In this document: positions 1-12,172 of the stretch, in pieces
Layout of the letters: every line of letters starts with the position of its first letter
How positions within the stretch are numbered: position 1 is the stretch's first letter
Origin: Macrostomum lignano
Lineage: Eukaryota
Length of the DNA: 45,542 bases
NCBI GenBank assembly: GCA_002269645.1
Contig: NIVC01004450.1
Coordinates: 1-45,542 of the forward strand
Direction: 5' to 3'
Notes under the pieces: model-generated
Seen by the model: only the letters and a program-made list of their open reading frames with translations
Told to the model about the DNA's origin: nothing
Databases searched by the model: none
Program-made: the position numbers and the translations under genes

Positions 1-1139
1 GAAAATTTCTGATCGAATGGTGCAAGTTTGAAGAAATCGGTTGAGCCATTTTTTCTGAAAATCTATCGCATACCCATAATACAGACATTTCATTTTTTAG
101 TATATAGGATAGACATTTGCTAAAATAGTTTTATTACTTTTTGCTTAAAATGATCCTAAAAAATAGTATAAATAAGATAGGTTAGAGTTGTTTTTTTCAA
201 TTTGCCTTTAAAACTTTACAAGCTAATTGAAAAAAATCTATTCAGTGAGTTCTGAATAAATAAGAGTGTATAGAGAAGTGATTCAAACTTTGTTAATTTT
301 TTTAAGTGAAGCAGAAATATATACCATATATACTACTGATAAATAGAATACCAAGACAAGAAAGGAGACAAAGTATTGATAGATCTCAAAGCATACTTAT
401 AGAATAGTAACAAGGCCATGACTTTTTAATCTTGGAAATGTCTTTGCTTAGCCATAGTTTGGAACACTATATATATCCTAGGAAAATTACCAAATTTTTG
501 GTGTATACCTGTGTATGCCAAATACATTACCTTATGCAAAGCTTCATATTAAAAAATTTAAAAACATAACTAGACTAGTGATTTTTATATTCAATTTCAA
601 TTAGATTAGATGAGAATGAGAAAGAGAAAAAATAACTATATTTATATATTCTTTTTCTATCTATAAATAACAAAAATAAAGTTTGTGCATTTTTGTTACA
701 ACTTCCAATTGTCACCTTGTAGAAAAACCCAGAAAGCAGTTTTGCATTAAATAGTTATCAAATTTTACAATTAAAATGCATGGACAACTATTGTGACTGT
801 GATTTTTATAAAACTTTTTAAATTTTCAATGCATTATCACATATCAAAAATTAAAAGTGTGCACCAAAAGCCCAAAATCACTTTTTTACACTAACATATA
901 CACCAAATTTCTTGAGCCAACCCCAGAAATTTCTAGCATATATGCTTTCTCCTTGACTATGGATGACTAGAAGAGATATGCATGCAATACATATATAATT
1001 AATAGTAATATACTAGCAATCTTCATCTCCCAATAGGGACATCTGGATAGAATCCTTGTTCTTTACAAATAACAAATAGACAACAAATAAAGCTTTCATA
1101 AGAAACAACAGACATTCCCTCTAAAAACAAAATATCCCA

Positions 1140-1570
1140 AGACAGCAAGCATTCAAGTATCAATCTTCAAATAGCAAGCATCCCAAGACTGCAAGAATTC
1201 CCAGATAGCAAGCAACCCCAGATAGCAAGCATCCCCCAAATAGCAAGCATCCCCTAGACCCTAGATAGCAAGCATCCCCCAGATAGCAAGCATCTCCCAG
1301 ACTGCAAGCAATTCTAGATAGCAAGCATAACCTGGATACAAAGAGACCTTATAGATATCTAGCAACCCCCTCTCATATAGCAAGTACCTTCCACCCCCCC
1401 CCCAAGAGCAAGCATCTCCCAATAGCAAGTTACTCCAGTAGCAAGCATCCTTCTGATAGCAAGCATCCCTCAATAGCAAGCATTCTTTAATAGCAAGCAT
1501 CCCTTAGATAGCAAGCATACCCCTGATAGCAAGTATCTATCCTTAAATAGCAAGCATCTACCAGAGAACA
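1140..1570. repeat. Degenerate tandem repeat, core ATAGCAAGCATCCC
   Basis: About 20 imperfect copies of (A/C)TAGCAAGCA(T/A)CCC with variable spacing; boundaries approximate. Confidence 0.85.
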
Positions 1571-1614
1571 AGAAGCTAGTGCAACAATTTCTTTAGCTTT
1601 ATAGTGGCTCTATT

Positions 1615-1840
1615 TTGTTTGGCATGACACTTCTTTTTATGTGTGTATTGTGGAATGGTGTCTCTGTTATGTTGAATTGGTGGCTCTTTAATATTTGACA
1701 TGGTGTCTTTTCTATGTTGGACATGATGGCTCTTTTGTGTTTGACATGATAGCTCTTTAATGTTTGACATGGTGGCTCTTCTATGTTTGACATAGAGTCG
1801 CATATATGTTTGACATGGTGGCTCTTTAATGTTCAACATT
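1615..1840. repeat. Degenerate ~23-bp tandem repeat, core TTTGACATGGTGGCTCTT
   Basis: Repeated TTTGACATG(G/A)TGGCTCTT units; boundaries approximate. Confidence 0.8.
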
Positions 1841-2555
1841 TACAATGATATGGGGAAAGATTCTTTCATTTTACAATCTCTTTATAGTATGGACAACAAT
1901 ATTTCACACTGTTGGGGATTGTATAATGAAAGTGAGGGGGCTTTAAAAAAAGAGAAAGGAGGGATGCCAAAAAATCACGACTTACTTTTGTGGAATCTCT
2001 ATTAGGTAGCCTAGACAAGGGGTTAAACAAGGTATACGATCCTCCATCCCCTGTAAACAAATTTTCAACTTGGCAGTAGAGGTCGGATGAGATCCCGATC
2101 CCGAAATCTCGGGATCCCAAGGAAAATTGAATTCCCGCGGGACCAGAATCCTGACCCTAAAAAACTCGAGATTCGGGAACAGGTCTTTTGATTAATAATT
2201 TATAGAACTAGTGATTACTTGAAGGTACGAGGGGCGTCCGGAAAGTAGTGTTACTTTTGCTTGGTGTGGACATATGGACAGTCACACTTGCATGTGCTTA
2301 GTGTCATTTGAAAGCGGCAAGTCTCTTCTTTAAAATGACACCAATTGCAAGAGATTTGGATCTGTGCTTCAAGAGATATGTACGATTAAGTAGAGAAAGG
2401 TCAGTCATAGACTTACAGAACCTCAAAAATGTCAACAGAAAACTTTTATCACGAGCGTAATTACTCCAGAAAAAAACAAAAAACACAACAGTACAGTACA
2501 GAAGCAGGTGAAACAGATAACAAGCAAATTATCACACAAGCGAACAACATTAAAA

Positions 2556-3944
2556 TCATTCATCGGTTGGTAGACTTGTCTTCTCAACGTAGTCACCATG
2601 AGACATGATGCACTTCTCCCATCGGTCTCGCATCTTGTCGATGGCGTTTGCATACACATTTCTTGGGATCTGGTACAGCAAGATCCTCCTGACCTCACTC
2701 TCCAAGTGATCACAACTGTTGTGAACTCGCCCTTGAAGCTGTCGCTTTAACTCAGGAAACAAGGCGAAGTCCGCAGGTGCCAGGTCAGGAGAATATGGAG
2801 GGTGAGGAAGCAACTCAAAGTTCAGTTGGTCAATTGCTTGCATGGTCTTTGCAGCAGTATGCGGCCTCGCATTGTCGTGGTGGAGGATATGGGGTCTTTC
2901 TTTCCCCCATCTTTTGTTGCAGATGCATACATGCGCAACAGTCGGCCGAGTCGGCCGATCCGGCCGACCGATTTGGCGGCCAATCAAGGAAGTCGCAAAA
3001 ATGCCCACCCAAAAAATAACCTGAAGAGTAGTACTAAGTAGCTGATGAGGCATTTTAGCTTAATAAAACAGTCATAGTTACTCCTGCCGTTTACCCAAAG
3101 TTGCGTTAATTTTGCTTTCGGGTTTTTTTATATGTAAGTCGCATTTTTGGCCAAAAACTACGTCGCATTTTTGTTAAAACTAAGTCGCACGGCTGACCGA
3201 ATTTTGGAGGTTGCACATGTATGTGCAGATGTCTGACTTCAGTTTTGTCAGGGAGGTCACATACCAATCAGCATTGATGGTCGAGTTTGGCTCCAGGAAC
3301 TCGATGGTCAGTGGGCCATTGCAATCAAAAAAGAGAGTCAGCATGACTTTGTTGCTGTGCCGGTCTCGGCGAGCTTTTGTTGGTGGATCAGATCCCCTGA
3401 CGGTCCAAACCATTGACTCCTGCTTTGTTGGAGGGTCGAAGTATGGCACCCATGTCTCGTCGCCAGTTACGATCAGCTCTCGAAAGGCTTCCCATCCTCC
3501 ATGTTGATTGACCAGCTCCAGGTTGTTCACACATTTCTGCTGGCGATCCAGCTTCATGACCTCAGTGAGCAATCGTGGTACCCAACGGGCACTCAGCTTG
3601 ACGTGATTCATCTTCTGCAGGCACTCGTGAACTGTGGACTTCGGGCAATCCAATCGATCGGCCATTTCGCGAATGCTCTGGCGGCAGTCTTCATCAATCA
3701 AGTCGAGAATGCGATCCGTCAGGCTGCTGCTGTCGCGAATTGCAGGGCATCCGGACCTTGGCATGTTGCTCACGTCAGTTCTTCTAGCCTGAAACTCGCC
3801 CACCCACCTGCTTACTGTCATCTTGCTGACAGCATGGTCACCATGAGCTATGCAAAGTTGCCTGTGGATGTCAGCCGATTTGGTTCCGGAGCTCCAAAGT
3901 GTAAAGATGGCATGTCGCTGCCCAGTCTTTGAATGCACATCCAT
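2556..3944 (-). pseudogene. Mariner transposase interrupted by a MITE
   Basis: ATG at 3944. WVPRLL, TGDETWV, HHDNARPH and YSPDLAPADF motifs, with 34 residues between the 2nd and 3rd Asp. Removing 2926-3223 plus one TSD copy rejoins KSDIC-NKRW into an open 1083-nt (360 aa) frame. Confidence 0.95.
2926..3223. mobile_element. 298-bp hAT-like MITE
   Basis: 14-bp TIR CATACATG(C/T)GCAAC and perfect 8-bp TSD TGCAGATG at 2918-2925 and 3224-3231. An 8-bp TSD is characteristic of hAT. Confidence 0.9.
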
Positions 3945-5701
3945 TTGCAGTTCACAATTGAAAATTGAATGTCAATAAACTTTGCAGGTGCAGCAGAAGC
4001 AGTTTTACAAGTCCCGTAGTTTTATGAGACAGCCCTTCTTGTTCACTGCATCACATTTGGCCATAGACAGCCCATGATTACGAAAAAGTCGATAAACTCG
4101 TAAAAGTTTTCTATTGACATTTTTGAGGTTCTGTAAGTCTATGACTGACCTTTCTCTACTTAATCGTCCATATCTCTTGAAACACAGATTCAAATCTCTT
4201 GCAATTGGTGTCATTTTAAAGAAGAGACTTGCCGCTTTCAAATGACACCAAGCACATACAAGTGTGACTGTCTATACGTCCACACCAAGCAAAAGTAACA
4301 CTACTTTCTGGACGCCCCTCGTATTTTGCTTTAACTTATACTCGTTACATTATTTACTTTGTTGGTTACAAAACTTCATATCAATTTTGTTGTGTTTTAC
4401 TTCTTGATCTTGACAATCTTTTCTCAATTTTGTTTAACTTTACATGGACAATACACTAAAAGACCTGATCCCAATTCCCAAATCCCGATCCCAATCCCGA
4501 GAAAAAAATTATTCCCAATCCCGATCTCGCCCGAAGATTTCAATCCCATCCGACCTCTAGTTGCCAGATCATATTATAAAATTGATGAAAAGCTCAAGTT
4601 TTGTTATTCAATCCCTTTCTATACATTTCATCATTTCCTCCATTTGAATAATTGTATAGGGCCTAACGCTAACAAAAGTGAATATAGATACATCCCTACT
4701 CTTGCTAAGAATTGTGGCTTACAATTAATTAGGGTAATTGCGCTTCAAAAATGCTTTCACACTGATATGCAAACAAGACTCCTATCTTTTACATAGGAGA
4801 TTGTATAATGTAAGGGGATCATAAAACAAAAGAATGCCAAATTTTTATTGCAGTCTTTCTATCTCCTATTTTTTGCTATGAATTTTTATTTGACCCATAT
4901 TTTCTAGTGCCTCTTAAAACTATATGAACTTCAAACTTTGTATGAAATTTTTACCAAACATATATTCAAATATATTCAAAACTTCTAACTGTTGACTGTC
5001 CATATTTATTTTAACAAACAAAAGTAGCACTAAGTCTAAATGGTTAAAATAGATGCCTATTTTTTAGCAGCAAATACTGTTCTTTACCCCAATACGGCAA
5101 TACATGCTTCATTGCTAAGTATTGTCTTCATAGGATGCAGCAGACAAACTGTCTACCCTAGGCCACAAGGTCTTTATTTAAAATTAGGCCTAGCCTAAGC
5201 CTATTGGCTATTTTATTAGGCCCCTATAATAAATAAAATGAGCCTATGACTAGCCATACACAGCACGCAGGCTTATATTGTATTGGCCCCTACTGGTAGT
5301 GCTACTATAATAAAAAGTAGGCCTACTAAACTGCATACGGTACACAGTATCAATGATTGACCTGATCTGACTAACATATATCTGTCAGCACTCAAAAAGA
5401 AAAAAATACGTAATACTGTCAAAAACATTAAGAAAGCCAGGGTTCAAAACGCTGTTCTTAAAGACGTTTTTACAATTTCGTATGGTTGGATTTTAAATCT
5501 TATCTCGCCGATTTATTAAAAATCTACTTTCCTTTGTTTAAATTGTAAACAATAAAATTTAAAAAAACTTGTAACAAAAAGTATTTTGACAAGCAAGTAC
5601 ACAAGATAGGATATGCTACAAATGAAAAAAGAGTCAGAAAAGAGCTCACTGGTGTAGCTAAAATATATGAAGTCATGAATAGCTAAAACAGTTATGCAAA
5701 C

Positions 5702-5807
5702 TGAAACAGATATATCAGCAGTGTAATAAATCCGCTTTTCAGTTGTTTATTCATTGAAACAGATATATCAGCAGTGTAATAAATCCGCTTTTCAGTTGTT
5801 TATTCAT
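5702..5807. repeat. Perfect 53-bp tandem duplication
   Basis: TGAAACAGATATATCAGC...GTTTATTCAT occurs at 5702 and 5755. Confidence 0.9.
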
Positions 5808-6028
5808 TTACTGTCTTTTTAATTTCCTATTTAATTCGTCGTTAATCGCTAGACGTTAAGTTCGTTCGAAGTGTGTTAATGCTTGTTTTTCACGCTTTAA
5901 AATATCACGCGCTTTCAAAAATACTATATCTTTTTACAAAAATCGCCTATTATGGAGAACAATCCTCAATTATACTAGATATTTGTTACATTGACAAAAT
6001 AATATTTAACTACCTTTTCTGAATAAAG

Positions 6029-7080
6029 CCATGGATTGCTCGTCTGCATTAAATTCAAAGTTTGCAATTTTGCCCCGCGAGGCCCCCGTTCGCATCGATT
6101 GGCTACTGAAGATTCCTTAATTAGTTGTCTATATGGTTATAAAAAAAGTTGTGTGTAATTGCTGCAATGGGTTGTTTCATACATAGTAAACCCTTCCCTG
6201 AGAGCTGTCAAATTGAGTCCGCATTTCGTCGGTCATGCAGTGTCCTGCAGATGGCTACAATGATTTAAAAAAAGCTGTAAGTACATGTACGTTGGGGCAT
6301 GCAGGCCAAAATCGTGCACATCAAATTTGTAATATGTAAACAACTGCGATGGCTTGTCTTTATTTGCTTATCCTGTCAAAGATGCACAAGGGCTGGCTAT
6401 TTGGCTCGACAACGTTGAAATTATTATAAAACAGATCGAGAATTCGCACCGACATATCAAAAAAGGTACACCTGTGTGAGCTAGCTCCATTCAAGAACGA
6501 AAATTTTCTTACTTTGGCACAGGGTAGCCAAGCTCAGCTGGTACATGAATGTACAGTAAGAGTAGAAAAATATTGAGACCGGGAGCGGTTCAGAAGTACG
6601 AAATGGCCCGATTCTCCACTAGTCCTGCAGCGCTTTGATGCTGAAGACTCATGCAGTTGGACAATAACACCGCGGAGATTTGCATCCATTTGCCAAACGA
6701 AGCTTAAAGCAGCTGATTCAAACAAAAGATCGAAGCCTTATTCTATCTAGAAAGCGACGCCATCGGGTCGAAAGATTTCTAAAGGCCAAGTGTAAAAGGC
6801 ATTTGCCTCTGGAGTAGTAATTCAGACAACTGAGGAGAAGTGCATGTGCGTGGAAAACTGAATGCGAAAGTTTCAAAGAAAATCTATTTAGTTAATCAGC
6901 TAGCTATAAAATTGTTACATGTATTCATATTTAGGAGACTTCCGTACATAAGAACTGTATCTTACAGTACGTTTTTGCCATAGACAACTAAGGAATCTTC
7001 AGTAGCCAATCGGTGCGAACGCGGGGGCTTCGCGGGGCAAAATTGCACCCCCAAATTTAAAGCAGAGGAGCAATCCATGG
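6029..7080. mobile_element. Non-autonomous DNA transposon with ~100-bp imperfect TIRs, superfamily uncertain
   Basis: 6029-6132 (CCATGGATTGCTC...GGCTACTGAAGATTCCTTA...GTTGTCTAT) is inverted at 6980-7080. Flanks are ATAA/TTAA-like, so piggyBac or Kolobok is possible but unproven. Confidence 0.7.
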
Positions 7081-7947
7081 TTTAATCATCCCAGCCTGGT
7101 TGAGCTCACGATTCTTTCACTGTCCACACGTACCAAGCTGATTTTGGAACAATAAGGGCCTCTATATGTGCCATGTACGAGCTATTCTTGCCAGACCAAT
7201 TAATTGAACGCAGCTAGGAGCCATAAAAGTCAAAGCGGTATAGCGAAAAAGCTGGCTATAGCGGCCGAGAAAGCGGATCCCAACGGACCGGCTTTGACAT
7301 CATGCAAAACTGCACATGCTATTCATGGAATAATACAGGTTCTTATAATACATCAATGCATGACTTTCTATTCTTTGCTGACATTCATTATTAATTGTCG
7401 CGGAGTCAAGAAACTAAACAACATATACTTTTGCTGCATTTTAGTAAGTTTTCTTAGTATAGTAATTAAATTTTACCTTTATTACATAGCTACTAGTATA
7501 TTTAAAATAAAAGTCTTTTACATCAAAATCTTCTGGAAGCCTATATTTACATGTACTATACTAAAAAATTTCAGAAAAGCCTGTGAAATAAAACTTTACG
7601 GCTCTATCTGTGAATCGAAATGACCAAGTTAATTGGTAGTGTTGATGTGGTTTCTAATATAGAAAATTTTGCAAAAAACTACACAGCTATCACAGAAAAT
7701 AACAATCGAAACTGCAGCTGCACCCTGCTGATCAGTGCTGATATGTGCGAGACGGATACCTTCTATATATATTTATTCTATCCAGAATACATGTACATGT
7801 ATATTACGATACTAACTATAAGCTGGAAAGCAGCTTGACACATTCTCAAAGGTATCAAGGCTATAGCTAATCATTACTTTTTAGACAGAAAGTATCTCTT
7901 GCAGACAGTTTGTTTAAACCATTTGGAAACAAAAAAATCTATAAAGT

Positions 7948-10005
7948 TCATCCAAACCTAAGCTGTTTCGCCTGCAAGTCAGTTCGCTCTCGCCATTCCC
8001 GGAACCGAGCTCTAGCGCCCATGCTAGGAAAGTGCAAGTCTAGAAGTTGAGCGCACTTCTCCAATGCCGACATGTTTGGCGCCTGGACTCGGATGACGCG
8101 CCTCTCCTCGCCATTCGGACGGCGCCTGATGCGGTCGGTTATCTCTATGCTACAGCCGCTGCGGGCGGAAACTACCGCACCGCGGCGATCGCAGCTGCCA
8201 GGAAAAAATGGCAGCAAGCCCGACGAGCTGTTCTCTACGTCAACCTCCAGTGTCAGGGGTCGAGCTTCGTTTAATTGCCGACGACTCATAGCGCTGCCGC
8301 CAAAGCTGTCAGTGGCATAGGGCTGCTCAGCGGCTGCGGGAGAGCGGGTAATTGCTATCAGTTGCATTCGATTGTCCTGCAACACAAGCCTATGAGAACT
8401 CTTGTTAGAAACGGCCCGTTGTGTCCACACTGAATTAGACGAAAGCATCCACAAAAAGTTTTGAAATAGTTTGAGAGACTCGTCAAAGAATTCTTACTCA
8501 TTGACTCGGCAGAGTTTCCCACGGCGCCATCAATACCACAGAAGTCACCGCTAGCAGCAGACGCTTCAGGCCCGACATTTTGGGACGACATCAATGGCTG
8601 GGTTGGCTGCGGATTAGACGGCTCTTGATCCCGGTCGGACGTTGTGTCTGGAGCAGCACTACTCAGCCAAGATCGCTCAGGCAAGTCGGGCTGACTCATC
8701 AGCACAGGCATAGACACCATGAGCTCGTTAATCGCTGCTGTAATGTCTTTACTCCGCTTGGCGCAAATATGAACAGCCCGTTTGCGCGCGGTGCCCAGCG
8801 TATCCTTTTCCCGTTTGCTGCATTCCACCGAGCAGCAGGATACGGTTATGTCCACTTGGCACTGCCGCATGACGGCCTCCATGTCATTTCCGTGCACGAA
8901 GCTGATGACGCTCGTCCAGTTTTGGGGAACGTAAACTGTACGACGAACCGTAGTTTCTGGCTGTGAGGAGTTGAAAAGCTCGAAAATAATGCAAATTATT
9001 TTCTTGGAAAGTAGGTGACTTTGTCTATATAGCGGCTGTTCAATTAATAGCTAGCTAGCTTCGATTAATTTTAAAGCTTGTCTAGAATTTCGATGCCTTG
9101 ATCTGCCTTGATCTGATCTGACTGCTTAAGAAACTGTTTTCAATTTAAATAAAAAGCTGCTTCATAGAATATAATCAAACCTCAACAGCGGGCTGCTTTT
9201 CACCAAAAGCAGAACCAGTGGATGCATTGGCAGTAGTCTCTTTAATAGGCATGGCGTTTGCTACAATAGGGCCAACGACTACTGGTGCTGCAGTAATTGC
9301 CGAGGTGAGACACGAAGAATCCGGTACATTGTAAATCTGTTGAGAATGTGGCTGCTGCTGCTGCTGCTGCTGCTGCTGATACTGCATGCTGCTATTGCAT
9401 GCATTGGAGGCTGGTACAGCAAAATTGTAGCTTTGCTGCATCTGATGCTGACAACTAAACTGTTGCTGAAGATTGTCAAACAAGTTTTCTGTTGGATCAG
9501 GAATCTTCTTTTGACTAAAGCAGCTTTGACTTTGTTGCTTGGAATGTTCAAGTTGATTGATGCTACTTTGCTGCATCAGTTGCTGCTTCAGCGTCTGATC
9601 ATTTCTAGCAAGAGGCTCGTGACACTGATCCAGTTTAGATGTAGGAATCTGCAGGTTGAACGGTGTCATGAATTTCCATGGTTTGTTATATGAAGTTTAA
9701 GAAATTTATTCTACACACGGATGCTATATGCTCGTACTAAAAAGGTGACAGTCTAACCGCAGATGGTGAGAATGAATCGTCAGGTAGAGACGTACAGACA
9801 TACTCTGACAGATATACTTCAGGCCACTGGGAATTATGAGCAGTATACGAGCGTCTGTAGAAGAGAACAGAAAGAGAGAAGAGAAGAGAAGTCAAAAGAG
9901 AAAGCTACGGTCGAACTCACGGCGGTATTGCTAGTAAGCCAGCATTCGTCATTGTCGTCGATCTCTGCATCGTTGCCACAAAAGAGTGCACCTTGTTGAC
10001 CAGGC

Positions 10006-10063
<58 letters not shown>

Positions 10064-10445
10064 GCTGTTGCTGCTCACGTGCTTCAAGCTCAGCTGTAGC
10101 AGTCAACGAGCTCTCGGTCTCAGTGAAGCAGCAATCGTTTGGCTGTGATGAATCTTCGCTGCAAAGTGCATCGCCGCCGCTGCTGCTGCTGCTGCTGCCA
10201 GAGTAGGCTTTGTCAAACTCTTCGCAAGCGCACCGGACAGTCTGGCTTTGCCTCCGGCCATCTTTCGGCCGCTGAGTTTGTTGTCGCTGCTGCTTGAGCT
10301 TGTTTGACTTGCTTCGACGAACGCTTTGCACTTGAGAGTTGAGGTTAAAAGACGCTCTGGTGGACTTTTTATCTTTGTTTGTACGCGACGGTGAAGAGAA
10401 GCCGTTGCCCATTTGCGACTTGTAGCTATTCAATTCGTCTAACAC
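7948..10445 (-). CDS. Probable multi-exon gene with polyQ/polyS tracts and two degenerate KH-like repeats (exon boundaries not resolved)
   Basis: Four collinear minus-strand open segments (9834-10445, 9175-9669, ~8480-8897, 7948-8454). CAG/CAA microsatellites near 9353-9380 and 10004-10075. GT/AG-like signals near 9855-9921. Two similar segments RAVHICAKRSKDITAAINELMVSMP and RVIRVQAPNMSALEKCAQLLDLHFP. Confidence 0.5.
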
Positions 10446-10577
10446 CTTTGTTTGTTAAGGCACTGAGCTACGTAGGATTTACTTTAAAACTTGCTTTTAC
10501 AAGTACGGGCTCCAAAAGTGTTTCAATAAAGTCTGGAAATATCTTTGTCCATAGACATCTTTGTCATATAGCGCTTA

Positions 10578-11357
10578 TATCGCTTTTGACGCTCTAGATA
10601 AGACTTAAGACATTCAAAATAAGACTGCATAGGATCGCAAGCAAGGCCAGGCTAGCCACGGCCAGAGCAAGCCCAGTCTTGGCTGCAGGGATGGCTTGGC
10701 CATAGACTAAAAAATTGAATATCAAAATGAGAATAAGACGCTCAATATGAGACCGGGAGTGAACGTAATTTATTTGCTTTTTGGCAGTCACCATACAAAC
10801 AGCTAAGGAGAAATTAGGCAATAAACAAGAAGCAGAATAGCATATCGAAATGTTTAGTCCATCACTGAAGTCAGCCTGGCGGACTGCGTTAGAAGGCCAT
10901 TCGATTTAAGCACCTGCCAAAGTGCCTCTGACAGCGGAGTTCCCATCTGGCCGCCTTCTCAGCTGTGATGACGAGGCCGACTGCCTCCCGTGCAATCCGC
11001 TCCAGCAGCATGAAGGTTGATCCATTGTTTACTGCGTCGATCAGATGCTGACGGTCTGCTGCAGGAATCGATGGTGCCATCACAGTGAAATCCAAGGGGT
11101 CAGATGCAACCCAAGGGGTGAAGAAGGAGAGCTGGCTGAGGGTCAGAGGGTTAGAGCGATATCTGAAGGCTTTCACACTCAGTCTCATATTGAGCGTCTT
11201 ATTCTCATTTTGATATTCCATTTTTTAGTCTATGGCCAAGCCATTCCTGCAGCCAAGACTGGGCATGCTCTGGCCGTGGCTAGCCTGGCCTTGCTTGCGA
11301 TCCTATGCAGTCTTATTTTGAATGTCTAAAGTCTTATCTAGAGCGTCAAAAGCGATA
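10578..11357. mobile_element. Foldback/MITE-like element with ~185-bp inverted arms
   Basis: 10578-10762 is inverted at 11172-11357 with few mismatches. Outermost bases are TA on both sides (possible TA TSD). Unique ~410-bp spacer. Confidence 0.75.
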
Positions 11358-11614
11358 CTACTGCTGCAGGATTTGCTTTGGCTAGTGAAATATTTTGTTT
11401 TGGAATTTTGTTTTCCGGTAACAAGGTTAACTCAAACGTACAATGCTCAACGTACATCTTTAAACAAAAAGCGATATCTTCGCTCAATTCCGATCAATGG
11501 CTACTTTCCGCTACGGAAGCGATTCTCTGCTTTATCAAGTACTTGTTTTTGCTGTTTAGACCTCATCAAAACTGCACTGCTAATAAAAACTATACTTTAT
11601 CCGCAGTTTCAACC

Positions 11615-11717
11615 AGTAGTATACGTTTTTTTGACACAAAGCCGATTTCCTTATGGCGAAATACATAGTAAGTACAGGCCCAAAAAATGGCAGAGTCCGA
11701 AATTTCATGTGCACGCA
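11615..11717 (+). repeat. Maverick left TIR
   Basis: AGTAGTATACGTTTTTTTGACACAAAGCCG...; first 83 bp identical to the reverse complement of the right end. Confidence 0.95.
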
Positions 11718-12172
11718 GTCTGAAATTCCATGTGCACGCAGTCTGAAATTCCAAGTGCACGCTAAATATCTTTTACGCAACGTGATTATTCAGACGAATT
11801 GCATATCCACCTGTCCAAAATACAAGTAACCGATTCTAGCAATGGTGACACAAACACACTTCAAAGGATTCCATTCAAGACAAATTTACTCCAAAGCTAT
11901 TCACACATTTCAAGTGTTATTGAAATATTGAAAACTTGTGAATATTATCACCCTTTTGAAGAAAGATAGTAAATGATCTATTCTTGAGTGCCTATAGAAT
12001 TTTTGCACCAACTTGAGCAGATGGTTTACAGATACTATGTCAACAACTGCGTCAACATGCTTCTTCTTTATACTATATATATATACGAACACACTGACAC
12101 AGAAAATATTAAATAACTTAAACCAAGTTTACATTATACTACTTGTTCAACTATACTTACATCTTAAGTGAA

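Larger units (their letters stand above)
2228..4321 (-). mobile_element. Mariner (DD34D) DNA transposon with ~228-bp TIRs
   Basis: TA TSDs at 2226-2227 and 4322-4323. TIRs start CGAGGGGCGTCC (2228-2455 and 4097-4321; about 9 substitutions plus one 3-bp indel). Internal transposase. Confidence 0.95.
2077..4559. mobile_element. Non-autonomous hAT-like element (outer host of the mariner insertion)
   Basis: TIR TAGAGGTCGGATG(A/G)GAT at 2077 and its reverse complement ending at 4559. Subterminal GGGAT/ATCCC repeats and inverted CAGGTCTTTT/AAAAGACCTG motifs. 8-bp flanks CTTGGCAG and GTTGCCAG match 6/8 (possible decayed TSD). About 390 bp once the mariner is removed. Confidence 0.65.

Noticed and set aside
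1-115. Possible Helitron/Helentron-associated element end
   Set aside because: Loose resemblance only, truncated by the window edge, with no hairpin or terminal signature confirmed.
4359-4796. 145-aa ORF
   Set aside because: TTG start, runs across the subterminal repeats of the outer element into AT-rich flank; no recognisable domain.
7204-7838. 139-aa and 72-aa ORFs
   Set aside because: AT-rich composition with no motifs; probably the non-coding 3' region of the minus-strand gene.
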